A stretch of 64,000 nt of DNA from Octopus vulgaris (lineage: Eukaryota). The notes beneath the pieces are model-generated. The model had not been told where the DNA came from. It was given only the letters and a program-made list of their open reading frames with translations, and did not search any database. Positions within the stretch are counted from its first letter, which is position 1; each line of letters begins with the position of its first letter. The stretch covers positions 100,750,001 to 100,814,000 of the forward strand of contig OX597820.1 of assembly GCA_951406725.2 (NCBI GenBank), read 5' to 3'. The position numbers and the translations under genes were made by a program. This document shows positions 14,812 to 27,059 of this stretch, in pieces.

Positions 14812-16390
14812 CAGAGTATTAAGGTCACAATAGACTACCCCACTAAACACCCCAACCATAGACTACCAGTACTAGACACAGAACTCTGGCTAGAAACTGT
14901 GAATAATAAAACCCAAATCCTTCATTCGTACTATGCCAAACCTATGGCCTCAAAATACTTGATCCACCGGAACTCAGCCATTGCGGACAATGCCAAATTC
15001 AATATTTTGATGGCAGACCTCATCAGAATAATGAGAAATATGTCACGCAGGTGCGAGCCTACAGAGTTAAAGAGACACATACAACATTTCATTCACCGCA
15101 TGCAGTTCTCAGGTTACAGCCATAAAGAAAGGATCAGAGTATACAAAGGAGCCATGAAGAAATTTGATAATATATTATGTAATGATAGGAACAGGATTTG
15201 TCCACTCTAAAGGAGCAAGTCATGGAACACTATAGAAAGGACAAAGAAGAAAATAGGGAAGGCCAACTCTTGGTATGATAGCCATAAATACCAGAGTGTC
15301 ATGTTCGTTGACACCACTCCTGGAGGCGAACTGGCGTACTGTTTTAGAAGGACCCTAGACAAAGTTAAGCTAAGGATTAAGGTTGAAAAGCCAGGCAACC
15401 CTATCAAATCCATAATCGGTAGAACCTACCCTTTTAGTAGAACCCCCTGTACGGATAGGTACTGTACTGTGTGTAGATTTAACCCACAAACAAACTGTAA
15501 AGCCAGAAATGTAGTCTATAGAATACGATGTATAGAGGGATGATGCAGTAACAAGACAACAACATACGTAGGGGAAACTGCACGAAGCATATTAGAGCGG
15601 ATAAATGACCATTGGAGAGAACTTAAGGAAAGTAAAAGCTCATCAATTCTGTACCAACATGCCAAACAGGAACATGGGGGATCAATCAACAACATAGAAG
15701 TTAAAATCTTGTCCACACATAGAACAGATGCAACAATCAGACAAATTATAGAAGCTACACACATAATAGAAGATAAACCTAGCCTGAATAGGAAACTGAA
15801 ATGGAACACTAGCACACACCACAACATATAACGGTAGAGGATCCCCATAAACTGGTTACAATATAAACAAAACCGAAAACATAATAAATAAAATACACAG
15901 ATAAATAAACAAATAGAAATAAATAACTATATAAGTTTTTTTTTTTTAATTTAAAAGATTTTTTAAAATTTATTATTATTATTATTACTAGTATTGTTGT
16001 TATACATACATACATACAAGCATACATAATGATAATAATAATAAGTGGATGTAAACACATGAACAAAATAAGAAAAAACAAAAACAACAACAAAAACAAA
16101 TTACACAAACATATATGAACAGAAGATACAAATATTACAGGCATCCCCCCACACACGCACACTAACTAAACATAGACGCACATAGAGATATACGCATGCG
16201 CAAATGAAGACACATACAATAGAAATACAAAATGGCTGACGGTTAGTAAGGAGAGACAGAAATAAGAAAGAAGAAAACAAAGGACCACTGATGCGGTCAC
16301 AGGAGTGTGACGAAAGAACTCTGGCCGAAATAAGATTAAGATTAATGTAAAAAATAAATAACACTGAAGCAAAATAACACCAAATATATA
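14812..16390 (+). mobile_element. 5'-truncated Penelope-like element (Neptune-like): RT C-terminus, Cys-rich linker, GIY-YIG endonuclease, 3' UTR
   Basis: RLPVLD, YYAKPMAS thumb region, CTDRYCTVC..C linker, NVVYRIRC..TYVGETARSILER..H..H..RQIIEA..KPSLN; in-frame stops near 15208 and 15541. Confidence 0.88.
16282..16326 (+). ncRNA. Degenerate hammerhead ribozyme in PLE 3' UTR
   Basis: GGACCA-CTGATGC-G-GTCAC(aggagt)GTGAC-GAA-AGAACT-C-TGGCC; A9 changed, helix III one base from palindrome AGTACT. Confidence 0.55.
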
Positions 16391-16499
16391 GTGTGTGTGT
16401 TTTTATTGGTTAAACTGGCAATATGACCATTCCGAAATATAACGATATCTGTTTCAACACACGACTTCACATAAAAAATCTTGCACAACAAATATATAA

Positions 16500-16937
<438 letters not shown>

Positions 16938-16960
16938 TGTACGGACTTTGCAGCACGGAC

Positions 16961-17010
16961 TTTGTCAGTGAACAGGTCGCGGATTTTAGCGACGAAAATA
17001 TTTTGACAAA
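16961..17010 (+). ncRNA. Hammerhead ribozyme-like motif with G3:C8 swapped core, in a short element at about 16940-17150
   Basis: TTTGTCA-GTGAACA-G-GTCGC(ggatttta)GCGAC-GAA-AATATT-T-TGACAAA: perfect 7-bp helix I, 5-bp helix II, palindromic helix III. Confidence 0.65.
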
Positions 17011-17161
17011 TTAAACTTAAATGTTGGAGTGAATCGAATGGCTTTTGTGTGTTTCTTAAATGGCTTATAAACACCTTCCACGCTGCAATTGTTTTCGTTT
17101 CAGCACACGATCTCAGATCAAATTACTTGCTATGCGAGTACATCTCCGTAATATATATATG

Positions 17162-17206
<45 letters not shown>

Positions 17207-17208
<2 letters not shown>

Positions 17209-18580
17209 GTCCGCTAGTGCCGACATTTTTATGCAGAAAGCGGAATTTTATAACGCCGCACTATCCAAAGCCGGTTATAGGCAGAAGGTAGTATATATTG
17301 ATCCAGCCCTTCCGATGCCACCATTCGGTCATCAGGATAGGGCCGTCTATAATAACATAAATAATTTAAGTAGTGACGGGAGCGCGGGGAGTGTTAGAGC
17401 AGGTACTTCCGGATTTAATTTAGGGAACAAAGATAATTATCGGTCCGGGGGAGTTCACACTAAACCAAAACCCGTTATTCATCCTATAATCACCCACCCC
17501 AATGTTAGAGCTGGCTTCCCGACCCATCACATAAATAGGAATAAGTATATATGGTTTGTAATTCCCTTTGGTAAGCAGATTAGAACTAACCTTCCCCTCC
17601 TGTTTCGACAAGCCATCGCCAGTAACTTCCCCAGAAATTCCAAATATTACTCCACGGTTAATTCGCATAAAGTTAGGATAGCTTTCTCCAACACAAAAAA
17701 CCTTTCCCAGATAATCGCCTCCCATAATAATAGGCTGCTTATTAAGACCCTACCACCTTTGTCCGGAGGCGCAGCTCCGTCCGCTCCCAGTTTAACGCTC
17801 AGTAGGAATAATAATAGTAGTAATAATGATAAGAGAGCCAGTACAGTGACTGATAATCTCAGTACCAACCAGGGATTAAATACTAGATGTAGCGATAGAA
17901 GAAATGGTGATGTCATTAACGTTAGTAATGGCAATAGTGAGGTGAGCGCAGCTCGGGTCATTAATGTAGAGAGTCCTAATAGCAACTCCAGCACCATTTC
18001 CGGCAATAGCAGGCCCACATATACTAGCAATTACAGCGCTCTCAGTGATAGGGAAGGCTCAGGAGTTAGTCCGTTAATTAATAGTGAATTTGAGGAATAT
18101 AAAGTAGTAAGCGGCCGCAGTTCTCGCAATCAATATAGTAACAGTAACGCAGTTCTAATTTCAGAAGCTAATCCCAATAGAATAAGGTTCTTGTCGAGTA
18201 ACTCCAAGATCAGAAATGCCATTTACCAATGTAAGGTTTACACGGACTCAGATGTCTACTCATATGTCGGGGCCTCATCGTCAAAATTGGCCTTGCGAAT
18301 TTCCAACCATTTCGCAACTTTTCGTGATGTGAATAAATACCAAGCCATGGGACTTAGCAAGCTTATATGGGGTTTGAAGAACGCGAACTCAGGTTTCAGG
18401 CTGGAATGGTCGATTTTGTCGGTGGCCCTCCCATTTGATAGGGGCAGAAGGAAGTGCAATCTTTGTGTCTCTGAGCTTTTCCACATATTGTTCGCCAGAG
18501 ACCGGTTGGTAAACGGACTTTTACAGTCGGCTTTTCGATGTCCCCATTGGCGGCGTTGTACTTATCTTGCTTATAAATGA
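17207..18580 (+). CDS. Intact C-terminal ORF of a 5'-truncated Naiad-like Penelope element (end of RT thumb, linker, GIY-YIG endonuclease)
   Basis: YNAALSKAGY thumb end; RNKYIWFVIPF..NFP..VRIAFS..NLSQIIASHNNRLL linker; NAIYQC..YSYVGASS..RISNH..LSKLIW..WSIL..KCNLCVSE..LVN..CPH; no stops over 457 codons. Confidence 0.85.
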
Positions 18581-19335
18581 TACCTAAGACAATTAGCACC
18601 TTGTTACCCTACTAAAATGAAATTAATCCTTAGAAATAGTTTTTGAAAAAGCTTTTTAAGAAATATATGAATAACCCTTGCAAGGGGAAATTACTCCCAT
18701 TAGGCGAATGGTGGTTTGTTTTGGAAGCAAACGCTGGAATTTTATATACCCTTAGGATTCTTTGACGACATTAATTTTTTGACAAGCAGGCCTAGACGAA
18801 CACACGAACACAAAAAATATTTTCTGCCGCCTGACGAATTTTTCAGCAGTGACCATTATGTAGCGCCTTTTACCAACATACGGCCGCGCACACATAGGCC
18901 AGTACACACATACATGCTTCTAGGTAGTTTTTGTCTCGCCCCCAATAAATACACCCAGTATTCTTTAAAATATTCAGAATTTTAGTTTTGGTCACACAGA
19001 ACATCTCCACACCCCTTGCTCTCACCTACTGGATTTGGCCGCCGCCTGACCTGTAAATATCTTCAACGCACCCACCACCCGATTTCAACGTACATTGATA
19101 ATCAGTTCAGCCATGGGCTCTTAAAGAGCCTCCTCGTTCAAATTGCTTTGCTGCGCCTCTGTTCTGTTTTGTTCTGCCAACGGAATTCCTATTTTTTTCC
19201 TGAAGAGAAAGCCACAATATGGTATCCTTATTTAATCAGAATTTGGAAAATTGTGGCTTTTGAAACATGTGTAGAATGCAATAAAAGGAATTCTGTTCAA
19301 TCTTCGTTCAACTCCATTTCTTCAATTCACTAATA
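17210..19335 (+). mobile_element. Naiad-like PLE (ORF + about 750-nt 3' UTR) inserted in (TA)n
   Basis: Bounded by TA microsatellites; 3' end shared with the inverted fragment at 55350-55630. Confidence 0.82.
19197..19276 (+). ncRNA. Type I hammerhead ribozyme with extended helix II in PLE 3' UTR
   Basis: TTC-CTGAAGA-GAAAGCCACAAT...ATTGTGGCTTTT-GAA-ACATGTGT-A-GAA; sister copy at 55410-55490 has the perfect palindrome ACACGTGT. Confidence 0.78.
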
Positions 19336-19404
19336 ATATATATGTATATATATATATATGTATATATATATGTATATATATATATGTATGTATATATATA
19401 TATG

Positions 19405-19436
<32 letters not shown>

Positions 19437-19483
19437 TATGTATGTATATATATATATGTATGTATATATATGTATATGTATGT

Positions 19484-19515
<32 letters not shown>

Positions 19516-19996
19516 GTATATGTATATATATATATGTATATATATATATGTATATGTATATATATATATGTATATGTATATATATATATATGTATATGTA
19601 TATATATATATGTATATATATATATGTATATGTATATATATATATCGTGGCCGTTTGCCCCGCTCGTGGCCGTTTGCCAGCTCTGTCTGGCAACCGTGTC
19701 GGTGGCACGTAAAAGCACCATCCGTTCGCGTCCGTTGCCAGCCTCGGCTGGCCCCCGTGCCAGTGACACATAAAAGCACCGTCCGTTCGTGGCCGTTTGC
19801 CAGCTCTGTCTGGCCCCGTGTCGGTGGCACGTAAAAGCACCATCCGTTCGTGTCCGTTGCCAGCATCGCCTGGCCCCATCTCGTATATATGTATATATAT
19901 GTATATATATATATATGTATGTGTATGTATGTATATGTATATATGTATGTATATATGGGTATGTATGTATATGTATAGATATATGTGAATATGTGG

Positions 19997-20032
<36 letters not shown>
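19336..20032. repeat. (TA)n/(TATG)n microsatellite with embedded block of RTE 3'-UTR repeat units (19646-19882)
   Basis: Simple repeats flanking 3-4 units of GTGTCGGTGGCACGTAAAAGCACC. Confidence 0.88.
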
Positions 20033-20255
20033 GTAGATGTACAAGTGAGAGTCTCCTTACTTACCTAAAACTCTATTTTTCTATTTATTCTTTTATTCTT
20101 TTATTTATTCTTTTATCTACTTTACCACCGATTCCTTTGACCACTCCCCTAATAATGACAGTTTTGCGCCATGCCTACCCCCAAAAAAGTCCCCCACGAC
20201 CACCCATTTAAACCTGCCTAAATGTATAAATGCCAAAACAACTCTTGTCTACTAA

Positions 20256-20302
20256 CTTCCTGATGATTTCTTTTGAATGAAACAGTTCTAGTCCTGTAGA
20301 AG
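20256..20302 (+). ncRNA. Type I hammerhead ribozyme with monomeric helix III, in a short element at about 20035-20390
   Basis: CTTC-CTGATGA-TTTC(tttt)GAAT-GAA-ACAG(ttctagtc)CTGT-A-GAAG: all core nucleotides intact, GUA triplet. Confidence 0.8.
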
Positions 20303-20386
20303 CTCCTTCTATATAATAAATTAATTTACTCTGCTATGTATTGAGTACCTTATTTACTGTGGTTAACCCCGACTCAACCCGGGACC

Positions 20387-20426
<40 letters not shown>

Positions 20427-20698
20427 AGTGAGTAGACGAACGAAAGAAGGGCACTCAACACATTTATTGGGAGTTACATTTATGGATCAAAACAATTTGA
20501 TTCAGACTCCTTGATATTCTGAGTTTCAAACATGATGCTAGTCTTTGGCAATAGGAATTTGAATAAAGAAAGTGTCAACCAACAGTTTGCAATGGAGAGA
20601 TAGCCATTACTGTACTCACTAAGTATATATGATGTTCCAGTATCACATTAACAGCACTTCATAGGCAATGCACTGATGTGGTAACCTTCTGTGTCTGT

Positions 20699-21060
20699 TC
20701 CCCATTTGTGCATTTAAAATCATCATCATCATCATCATCATTTAACATTCGTTGTCCATTCTGGCATGGGTTGGACGGTTTGACCAGGCTGGCATGTTGG
20801 AAGACTGCATCAGACTCCAGTCTGATTTGGCACGGTTTTCTACAGTTGGGTGCCTTTCCTAACACCAACCATTCTGAGAATGTAATGGGTGCTTTTACAT
20901 ACCACTGGCATGGATGTCTTTTGTGTGACACCAGGGTGCTTTTACATGCAACTGGCATGGGTGCTGTTTGCATGACACTAGTATCTGCCACAACTGTAAT
21001 TTTGCCCAGCTTGATGGGCCTTCTTCTCAAGCATCATATAATGCCAAAGGTCTTGGTCAA
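20699..21060 (-). mobile_element. RTE 3' UTR fragment
   Basis: (CAT)n tail then reverse complement of TTAGGAAAGGCACCCAACTGTAGAAA. Confidence 0.8.
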
Positions 21061-21224
21061 CTGCAGTTCTTAATAAATACTTGATTAATATTTCAGTCAA
21101 TAGTTGACCTTGAATTTTGTTCATTAAGCTGTTAATTCATAATGTATTCATTATACATGACTACAATATAGTAAAAGAATAAAAGAGAAACATAGAATAC
21201 AAATCAATACCCCAAGAGAAATAT

Positions 21225-21600
21225 CATCATCAGCAGCATTTAATGTCTATTTTCTATGCTGGCACGGTCTGTACCACTTGACAGGAACTAGAAAGGCCAG
21301 GGGGCACATAGGTTCCACAATCTGTTTTGACTTAGTTTCAATAGCTGGAAGCCCTTCCTAACAGCAACCACTTTACTGAGTGTACTGGGTTTTTTTTTTA
21401 CATGGCACCATCACCAGTGTTTTTTTTTTATATTTGGTACCAGCAACTGTGCTTTTTACATGGTACTAGCACTCACAACAATGCATTTTACATGGCACCT
21501 TAATTTTAGGATCGCAATTCTATTGTGGCAGACAGGTTTTCTTGGGAACAGCGATGAGCCACATATCTCGGCCTTCTGTCATCTTCTTTGTAAGGAGATC
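21225..21600 (-). mobile_element. Old RTE 3' UTR fragment
   Basis: AGCTGGAAGCCCTTCCTAACAGCAACCACT and TTTTACATGGCACC units. Confidence 0.65.
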
Positions 21601-21789
21601 ATTATGAGATTAGCCTTCAATACTTTGTCCAGTGTCTTCCCGAATTAATTTTGAACAGACTATCTATATAAAAATATTCAGAAATTAGGATTTTTCCCAG
21701 CCGCCAAAATATCTCTGCGTTGAATTATTGAGGGCACATAAACTTGAGAGCTTTTAAATAAATTTGCTCTGTATCAGCTACATATAGAC

Positions 21790-21945
21790 ATGTGTGGTTG
21801 AGAAACTTGCTTCCCAGCATCCTAGTTTCAAGTTCAGTCCCACTGCAGGGTACCTTGAGCAAGTGTTTTCTTTTGTGGCTCTGGTCTGACCACAGTCTAG
21901 TGAGTGGATTTTGTAAATGAAAACTGAAAGAAGCCCATCACACAC
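21790..21945 (+). mobile_element. SINE family A, 5' half
   Basis: GTGTGGTTGAGAAACTTGCTTCCCA..GTTCAGTCCCACTGC..ACTGAAAGAAGCCC. Confidence 0.75.
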
Positions 21946-22011
21946 ATGCATATGCATGGAAAAGAGATGGCACAGGAAAAACAATGGTTATGTTATGTTA
22001 TGAACTTCATT

Positions 22012-22092
22012 AGCTTACAGCTGTTTCTACTATAAAATGCAGTAGACTCTTAGTTGAGTGCCTGAATAACATCTTATAGCTTCATCAGAGCC
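22012..22092 (-). ncRNA. Type I hammerhead ribozyme with extended helix II
   Basis: Minus strand GGCT-CTGATGA-A-GCTATAAGATG...CATTTTATAGT-A-GAA-ACAGCTGT-A-AGCT. Confidence 0.78.
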
Positions 22093-22199
22093 TCAAATTT
22101 GAAGTGCAGTTTATTTGGGGGAAAAAAACTTACATTTTTGCAATATACAGGGAAAACATTACCAGTGAGAAAGTCATTGCTGATGTATATATAAATTAT

Positions 22200-22385
22200 T
22201 CTTTTATTTGTTTCAGTCATTTGACTGCAGCCATGCTGGAGCACTACCTTAAAGGATTTTAGTCAAAGAAATCGACCCCAGGACTTATTTTATTGGTTTC
22301 TTTTGCAGAACCACTAAGTTACGGGGACATAAACACCCCAACATCGGTTGTCAAATGGTGATGGGGGAGGGACAAACACAGATAC
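22200..22385 (-). mobile_element. SINE family A, 3' half
   Basis: TTTCAGTCATTTGACTGCAGCCATGCTGGAGCAC terminal motif. Confidence 0.8.
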
Positions 22386-22469
22386 AAAGTTACACACACA
22401 CACACACACACACACTCACACATAAATTTGACATTTGTATGTCTACTGTGTAGATTTACATATATCACA

Positions 22470-22900
22470 CTTTGATACTGTATGGATTGGGTTTCTTGTT
22501 GATAAGCTTCTGATCTACCCTGATTTATCCTTCCATCTTCTCCACCCACTATTTCTGGAGGGTGATGGGGGTAGAGTCCTCAGGCACCTCCTTCAATAGA
22601 TACCAAATCAGAAGCAACTGTCATTAGATTTTCCAGCTGGATACCTAAATACGACCAACTGAGACAATGAATATCATCCAACCATCTCATTCTTGTTCTA
22701 CCCCTAGGTCTCCTGTCAGTTGTCTCAGCTTTTCTTTCCTGTGATATTCTAATCATTCATCCATAGAACTGGAGCTGTGATCTCACAATACAGAGAAACA
22801 GAAGTTCAACCTGGAGAGACTCCTTGATCTCCATGCTATATTAAGTACTGTTATTCAAGCGAATTTTGGAGGAACCCCATTTAAGCCGTACATGATAATA
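22470..22900 (-). mobile_element. Old RTE/Expander-like LINE 3' remnant
   Basis: Minus strand translates RRPRGRTRMRWLDDI. Confidence 0.55.
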
Positions 22901-23769
22901 GTCTTCTAGCTATCACTCAACATTCATGACACCCCTGATGATAAATAAAATGTTGAACACTTATAGTATGCAAAGCATTAATTCAAGTTCTCAAGAGCTA
23001 CTAAATTTGATGTATATATAACTGGATTGGCTGCCTGTTTTACTGGGCTTGGTGAAGTGATATCAAGCAATTACAACTGTCCATGTCAACTTCACATTGA
23101 TAAAACACAACCAGTAGATGTTCATTTAAAGCACGTCTAAGTAATGTTTTAAACAAAAAACACTGTCATAAGAGTAATGTTCGCTCATATCTGATATTCT
23201 ACAAAAACCTTATCTGGCCATGAGAAATGTCATGTTGTTTGGAAAAAAACTCTGCCCAACCCATGCAAACATTCCAAAAGAAAAAAAGCAGATGTTAAGA
23301 CAATGATAACGATCATGATGATGATGATATCAATGGGCTTGGCTTCTTGCATCTGATGATTTGCTTGCTTGCATCTGGTGTACTGGTTGTTTGCATTTGG
23401 TGCAAGAGAGCTGCACTAAATATCTATACGCAAATCACCAAATGATTGACTAATACATTAGCACAGTACCTTAACCACATCTAGGAGCCTGACAGTGGTA
23501 GCATTGATTGCATTTTTTTCTCTTTTTATCTATTATATTTTCTGTTGTTTAGCATTGGGGATTGGCGGATGACTCAAAACTGGAAGAACATCAGACCAAA
23601 ACACTTTGCAACATTGTTTGTATCCTTTTGTGTTATTCTAAGTTTATATCCTCCCAGCTTATATCTTTAAAAAAGTTTTGACTTTCATCCCTCCGGATTC
23701 ACAAAATAACTAACTAGCAGTTAGCTTTTGAAATTTGGCTCTTCTACCAAAATTAGTAAGCAACTGCCA

Positions 23770-23997
23770 ATGTTAGAGCAAGTAGGTTCATTAACATACC
23801 AGATAAAATATTCACTGGAATTACTTCTAGCTTTATGTTCAGAGTTCAAATTCCACTGAGATTAACTTTGCTTTTCATTCTTTTGGGGGTCAATGAAATA
23901 AGTACCAGCCAAGCACTGGGGTTAATGTAATCAACTAACCCTACTCACTTCCTAAATTTTAGGTTTTATGTTTATAATAGAAAGAATTATTATTATT
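23770..23997 (+). mobile_element. SINE family B, diverged
   Basis: GAGTTCAAATTCCACTGAG..GCTTTTCATTCTTTTGGGGGTCAATGAAATAAGTACCAG with (TTA)n tail. Confidence 0.75.
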
Positions 23998-24545
23998 GTT
24001 GTTGGTAGTGGTGGTGCAAATTTATCTGCATTTCTGTACATTTTACTGAACTGAATCAGATTGGTTACAGCATAGATAACCATTTATCTTTAGATAAGGA
24101 AAGTCACACCATGAGATTCAAACAAGCAATTGAGGCATTTGATCTAGGAAAGTAATGATTTCAGTTGTTATTTGAAGATAACAATCAAAGCAACTCCTTG
24201 GAATTTTCTTTTTTTTTTTTTTTTTGCAGTTTTCGGTTTGTTTGTTGTTTTTTTTTCTTCATTTTTATTTTGAAGGTAGAGGTGGGGTTAAAAATTTGTG
24301 GAATAAAACCAGGTTTAGAAATAAGTACTAATGTAATTAAAGCAATATATGGAGTCTAGCACAGTAAACTATATTCCTTCCCAGTGGACAATAACAAAAT
24401 CTCAAAACCATAATTTTCTAGTATATGCCATGATTTACATTGATCTACAGACAACGGATATTTCTCCAATACACAGTAACTCAAAACTTAGGTGCCTATC
24501 TACATTTTCACTAATTTTGACGTAATACATGACTTCAAGTTTATA

Positions 24546-24652
24546 CACATCACATCACATCACATCATATATCATATCATATCATATCATATCATATATC
24601 ATATCATATATCATATCATATCATAGCAAATCATATCATATTATATTATATT
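24546..24652. repeat. (ACATC)n/(ATATC)n pentanucleotide microsatellite
   Basis: Directly visible. Confidence 0.9.
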
Positions 24653-25600
24653 AATACTTATTTTACCAACTCCCAGAGGGAATAAAAACACTGAATCAAC
24701 ATTAACAGTCTATGTATTAAACTATAGATGTTTAATACATCAAACTAAATATCATACAGTATCATAAGCCAATGAGACATGTTAATGTGGTTGCTTGAGC
24801 TGCTGGAAAAATATATGCCAAAACTCTCTCTCAAAACCACACCCTATTGTTTAAAATAAGGAAGAAATACATGGGATAATGTAAATGTAGATACTCCTAA
24901 AAGAAGTCAAAGTAATTACAGCCAGAACATCTTTGATCATATGTCTGCTCAGTCAGGATTAACCTGGGGCAAAGTAACAACATACAGCATCTACTCCAAC
25001 ATTGTTATGTCTACCAGCCTTCCCACACTCAAATATTAATTCACTATTGATTATAACTGCTCATGTCTAGTTTACATCAATAAAATTTAGTCAGTACATG
25101 GTTCATTCAGAGCACATCTAAGTAATATTTTAAACAAAAAAAAAACAATACTAATATTTGTATGGCATTTCTTTTGGAAACATGCCTAATTTAGATCCTA
25201 AATTCATAACCATTCAATGCTAAAAATACAAGGCTCCAATGGGGTCCGTGATGACAGTTGTGACAAAGTTAGTGAACTAAATAACTTGAATAACAAAATA
25301 GTAGAATCTGAGGAAATTAGTGAGTCTTTTGCTACAAATGTTTAAAAAAAAAAGCCTTTAAACAATGAAGCAGAGAAGTAAGGCAAAACACATAAGGTAA
25401 TGACAATAAATAAAAACAAAGAGAAGATATTGTATTATTTTACACAGGTTATTTAATGCTTCTATATTTCGAAAGAGATTCGCCTTATCAAACTTAAGAA
25501 AGAAAATAATCCAAGAATTCAGAGAAAAGTGTTCTAATTGCTCCTAAATAGGGAAACCTTCCACTGAAGTGGACTCTAATACTTTTCTAGAGCTTAGAAA

Positions 25601-25649
25601 AACTTTGCTGATGAGGTCTACTTAACAAGTCTGAAACATGCTTGAAGTT
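25601..25649 (+). ncRNA. Degenerate hammerhead-like motif
   Basis: AACTTTG-CTGATGA-GG..ACTT(aac)AAGT-CT-GAA-ACATGC-T-TGAAGTT; U16.1 replaced by C. Confidence 0.45.
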
Positions 25650-25974
25650 GTCACAGTACCTACCAAAGATAAAACTTCCCCCATGTTAGTACTTCATTTC
25701 TAATCAGTTTAATTTTCACCATTTTCTTCTTTGCTTTCTTTGATATAGATTATTAATAATACTAATGATTTTTTTTTCTCCTATTATGATGTAATTTCAG
25801 TTCATTAAAAATTATTTTTGGCTCATGTCAGGTAGCTTACACTCCATTATGTTTTAGATGCAGAAAGTATCTCTGAGAAATTTTTCAATAACAGTGTAGA
25901 ACAGATTCAATCAATAATGGTCCTGAACACTTCAGACTTTGGCCATGTATATTATGAAACCAAATTTCTTTCTT

Positions 25975-26376
25975 TTCTTTTATTTGTTTAAGTCATTTGA
26001 CTGCGGCCATGCTGGAGCACCACTTTTAGTCGAGCAAATCGATCCCAGGACTTATTCTTTGTAAGCCTAGTACTTATTCTATCGGTCTCTCTTGCTGAAC
26101 CGCTAAGTGACGGGGATGTAAACACACCAGCATCAGTTGTCAAGCGATGTTTGGGGGACAAACACAGATGCACAAACATATACATATATATGTGTTTATA
26201 TATATATATATACGATGGGCTTCTTTCAGTTTCCATCTACCAAATCCACTCACAAGGCTTTGGTTGGCTTGAGGCTATAGTAGAAGACACTTGCTCAAGG
26301 TGCCATGCAGTGGGACTGAACCTGGAATCATGTGGTTGGTAAGCAGGCTACTTACCACACAGCCACTCCTGCACCT
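25975..26376 (-). mobile_element. SINE family A, full length
   Basis: Reverse complement of GGAGTGGCTGTGTGGTAAG head, internal (TA)n, CAGCATGGCCGCAGTCAAATGAC end. Confidence 0.9.
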
Positions 26377-26469
26377 AAATGAATATTAAACTCTTTAAAT
26401 ACATAGAACACACACACACACAATCATAAATAAATGTTATTGAATTTTACAGAATGAAAGTTACAATAT

Positions 26470-27047
26470 TTGTTTCAAATTTTGGTGCAAGACCAGTAAG
26501 TTTTGGGGGATGGGGTAAATTGATTACATCGACCCCAATGCTCAGGTAAAGCTGACCTTGGCAGAATTTGAACTCAGAACATAATGATCGATTAAATGCT
26601 GCTAAGCACTTTGTCTTGCATGCTAACTATTCTGCCAGCTTGCCACCTTAAAGAAAGTTGCAATATGAAATAAAATAATCATATAATAACAGGTATTAAA
26701 ATAGTGAAATAAAACCAAAAATCATTGGAGAGACAAAACATTTTAAATTTGTATCTTAACGATTGGCCAAATTTCAAATCAAACTAGCAATTACCAAGCA
26801 ATCATCATCATCATAACAACAACAATGATTTCAAGTTTTTGGCATAAGGCCAGCAATTTTGAGGGTAGGGAGTTAGCAAATATCCTCAACCCCCAGTATT
26901 AGACAGGTACTTTATTTTAATGTCCCTGAAAGGATGAAAGGTAAAGTTGATCTCAGCAGGATTTGAGGTCAGAAAATATATATCTGGGAGAAATGTTGCT
27001 AAAGTTTTTGCCTGATACACTAACAATTGTTCTAACTCACTGCCTTA
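26470..27047 (-). mobile_element. Two diverged SINE family B copies (26470-26652, 26830-27047)
   Basis: ATTTGAACTCAGAAC, AAAGGATGAAAGGTAAAGTTGA and GCCTTAA head motifs. Confidence 0.7.
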
Positions 27048-27059
27048 ATAACAATAATA

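Noticed and set aside
17060-17206. N-terminal extension of the 506-aa ORF
   Set aside because: Runs through a separate short element and a TA microsatellite; fortuitous frame.
18578-18800. Selenocysteine read-through/SECIS as reported for some Naiad PLEs
   Set aside because: No internal in-frame TGA; the terminal TGA follows the expected C-terminus, and I could not identify a convincing SECIS by eye (SECISearch would settle it).
23075-25145. Two similar 80-bp segments ending TCTAAGTAAT.TTTTAAACAAAAAA (about 23080-23160 and 25060-25145)
   Set aside because: Probably old dispersed-repeat fragments; too short to classify.
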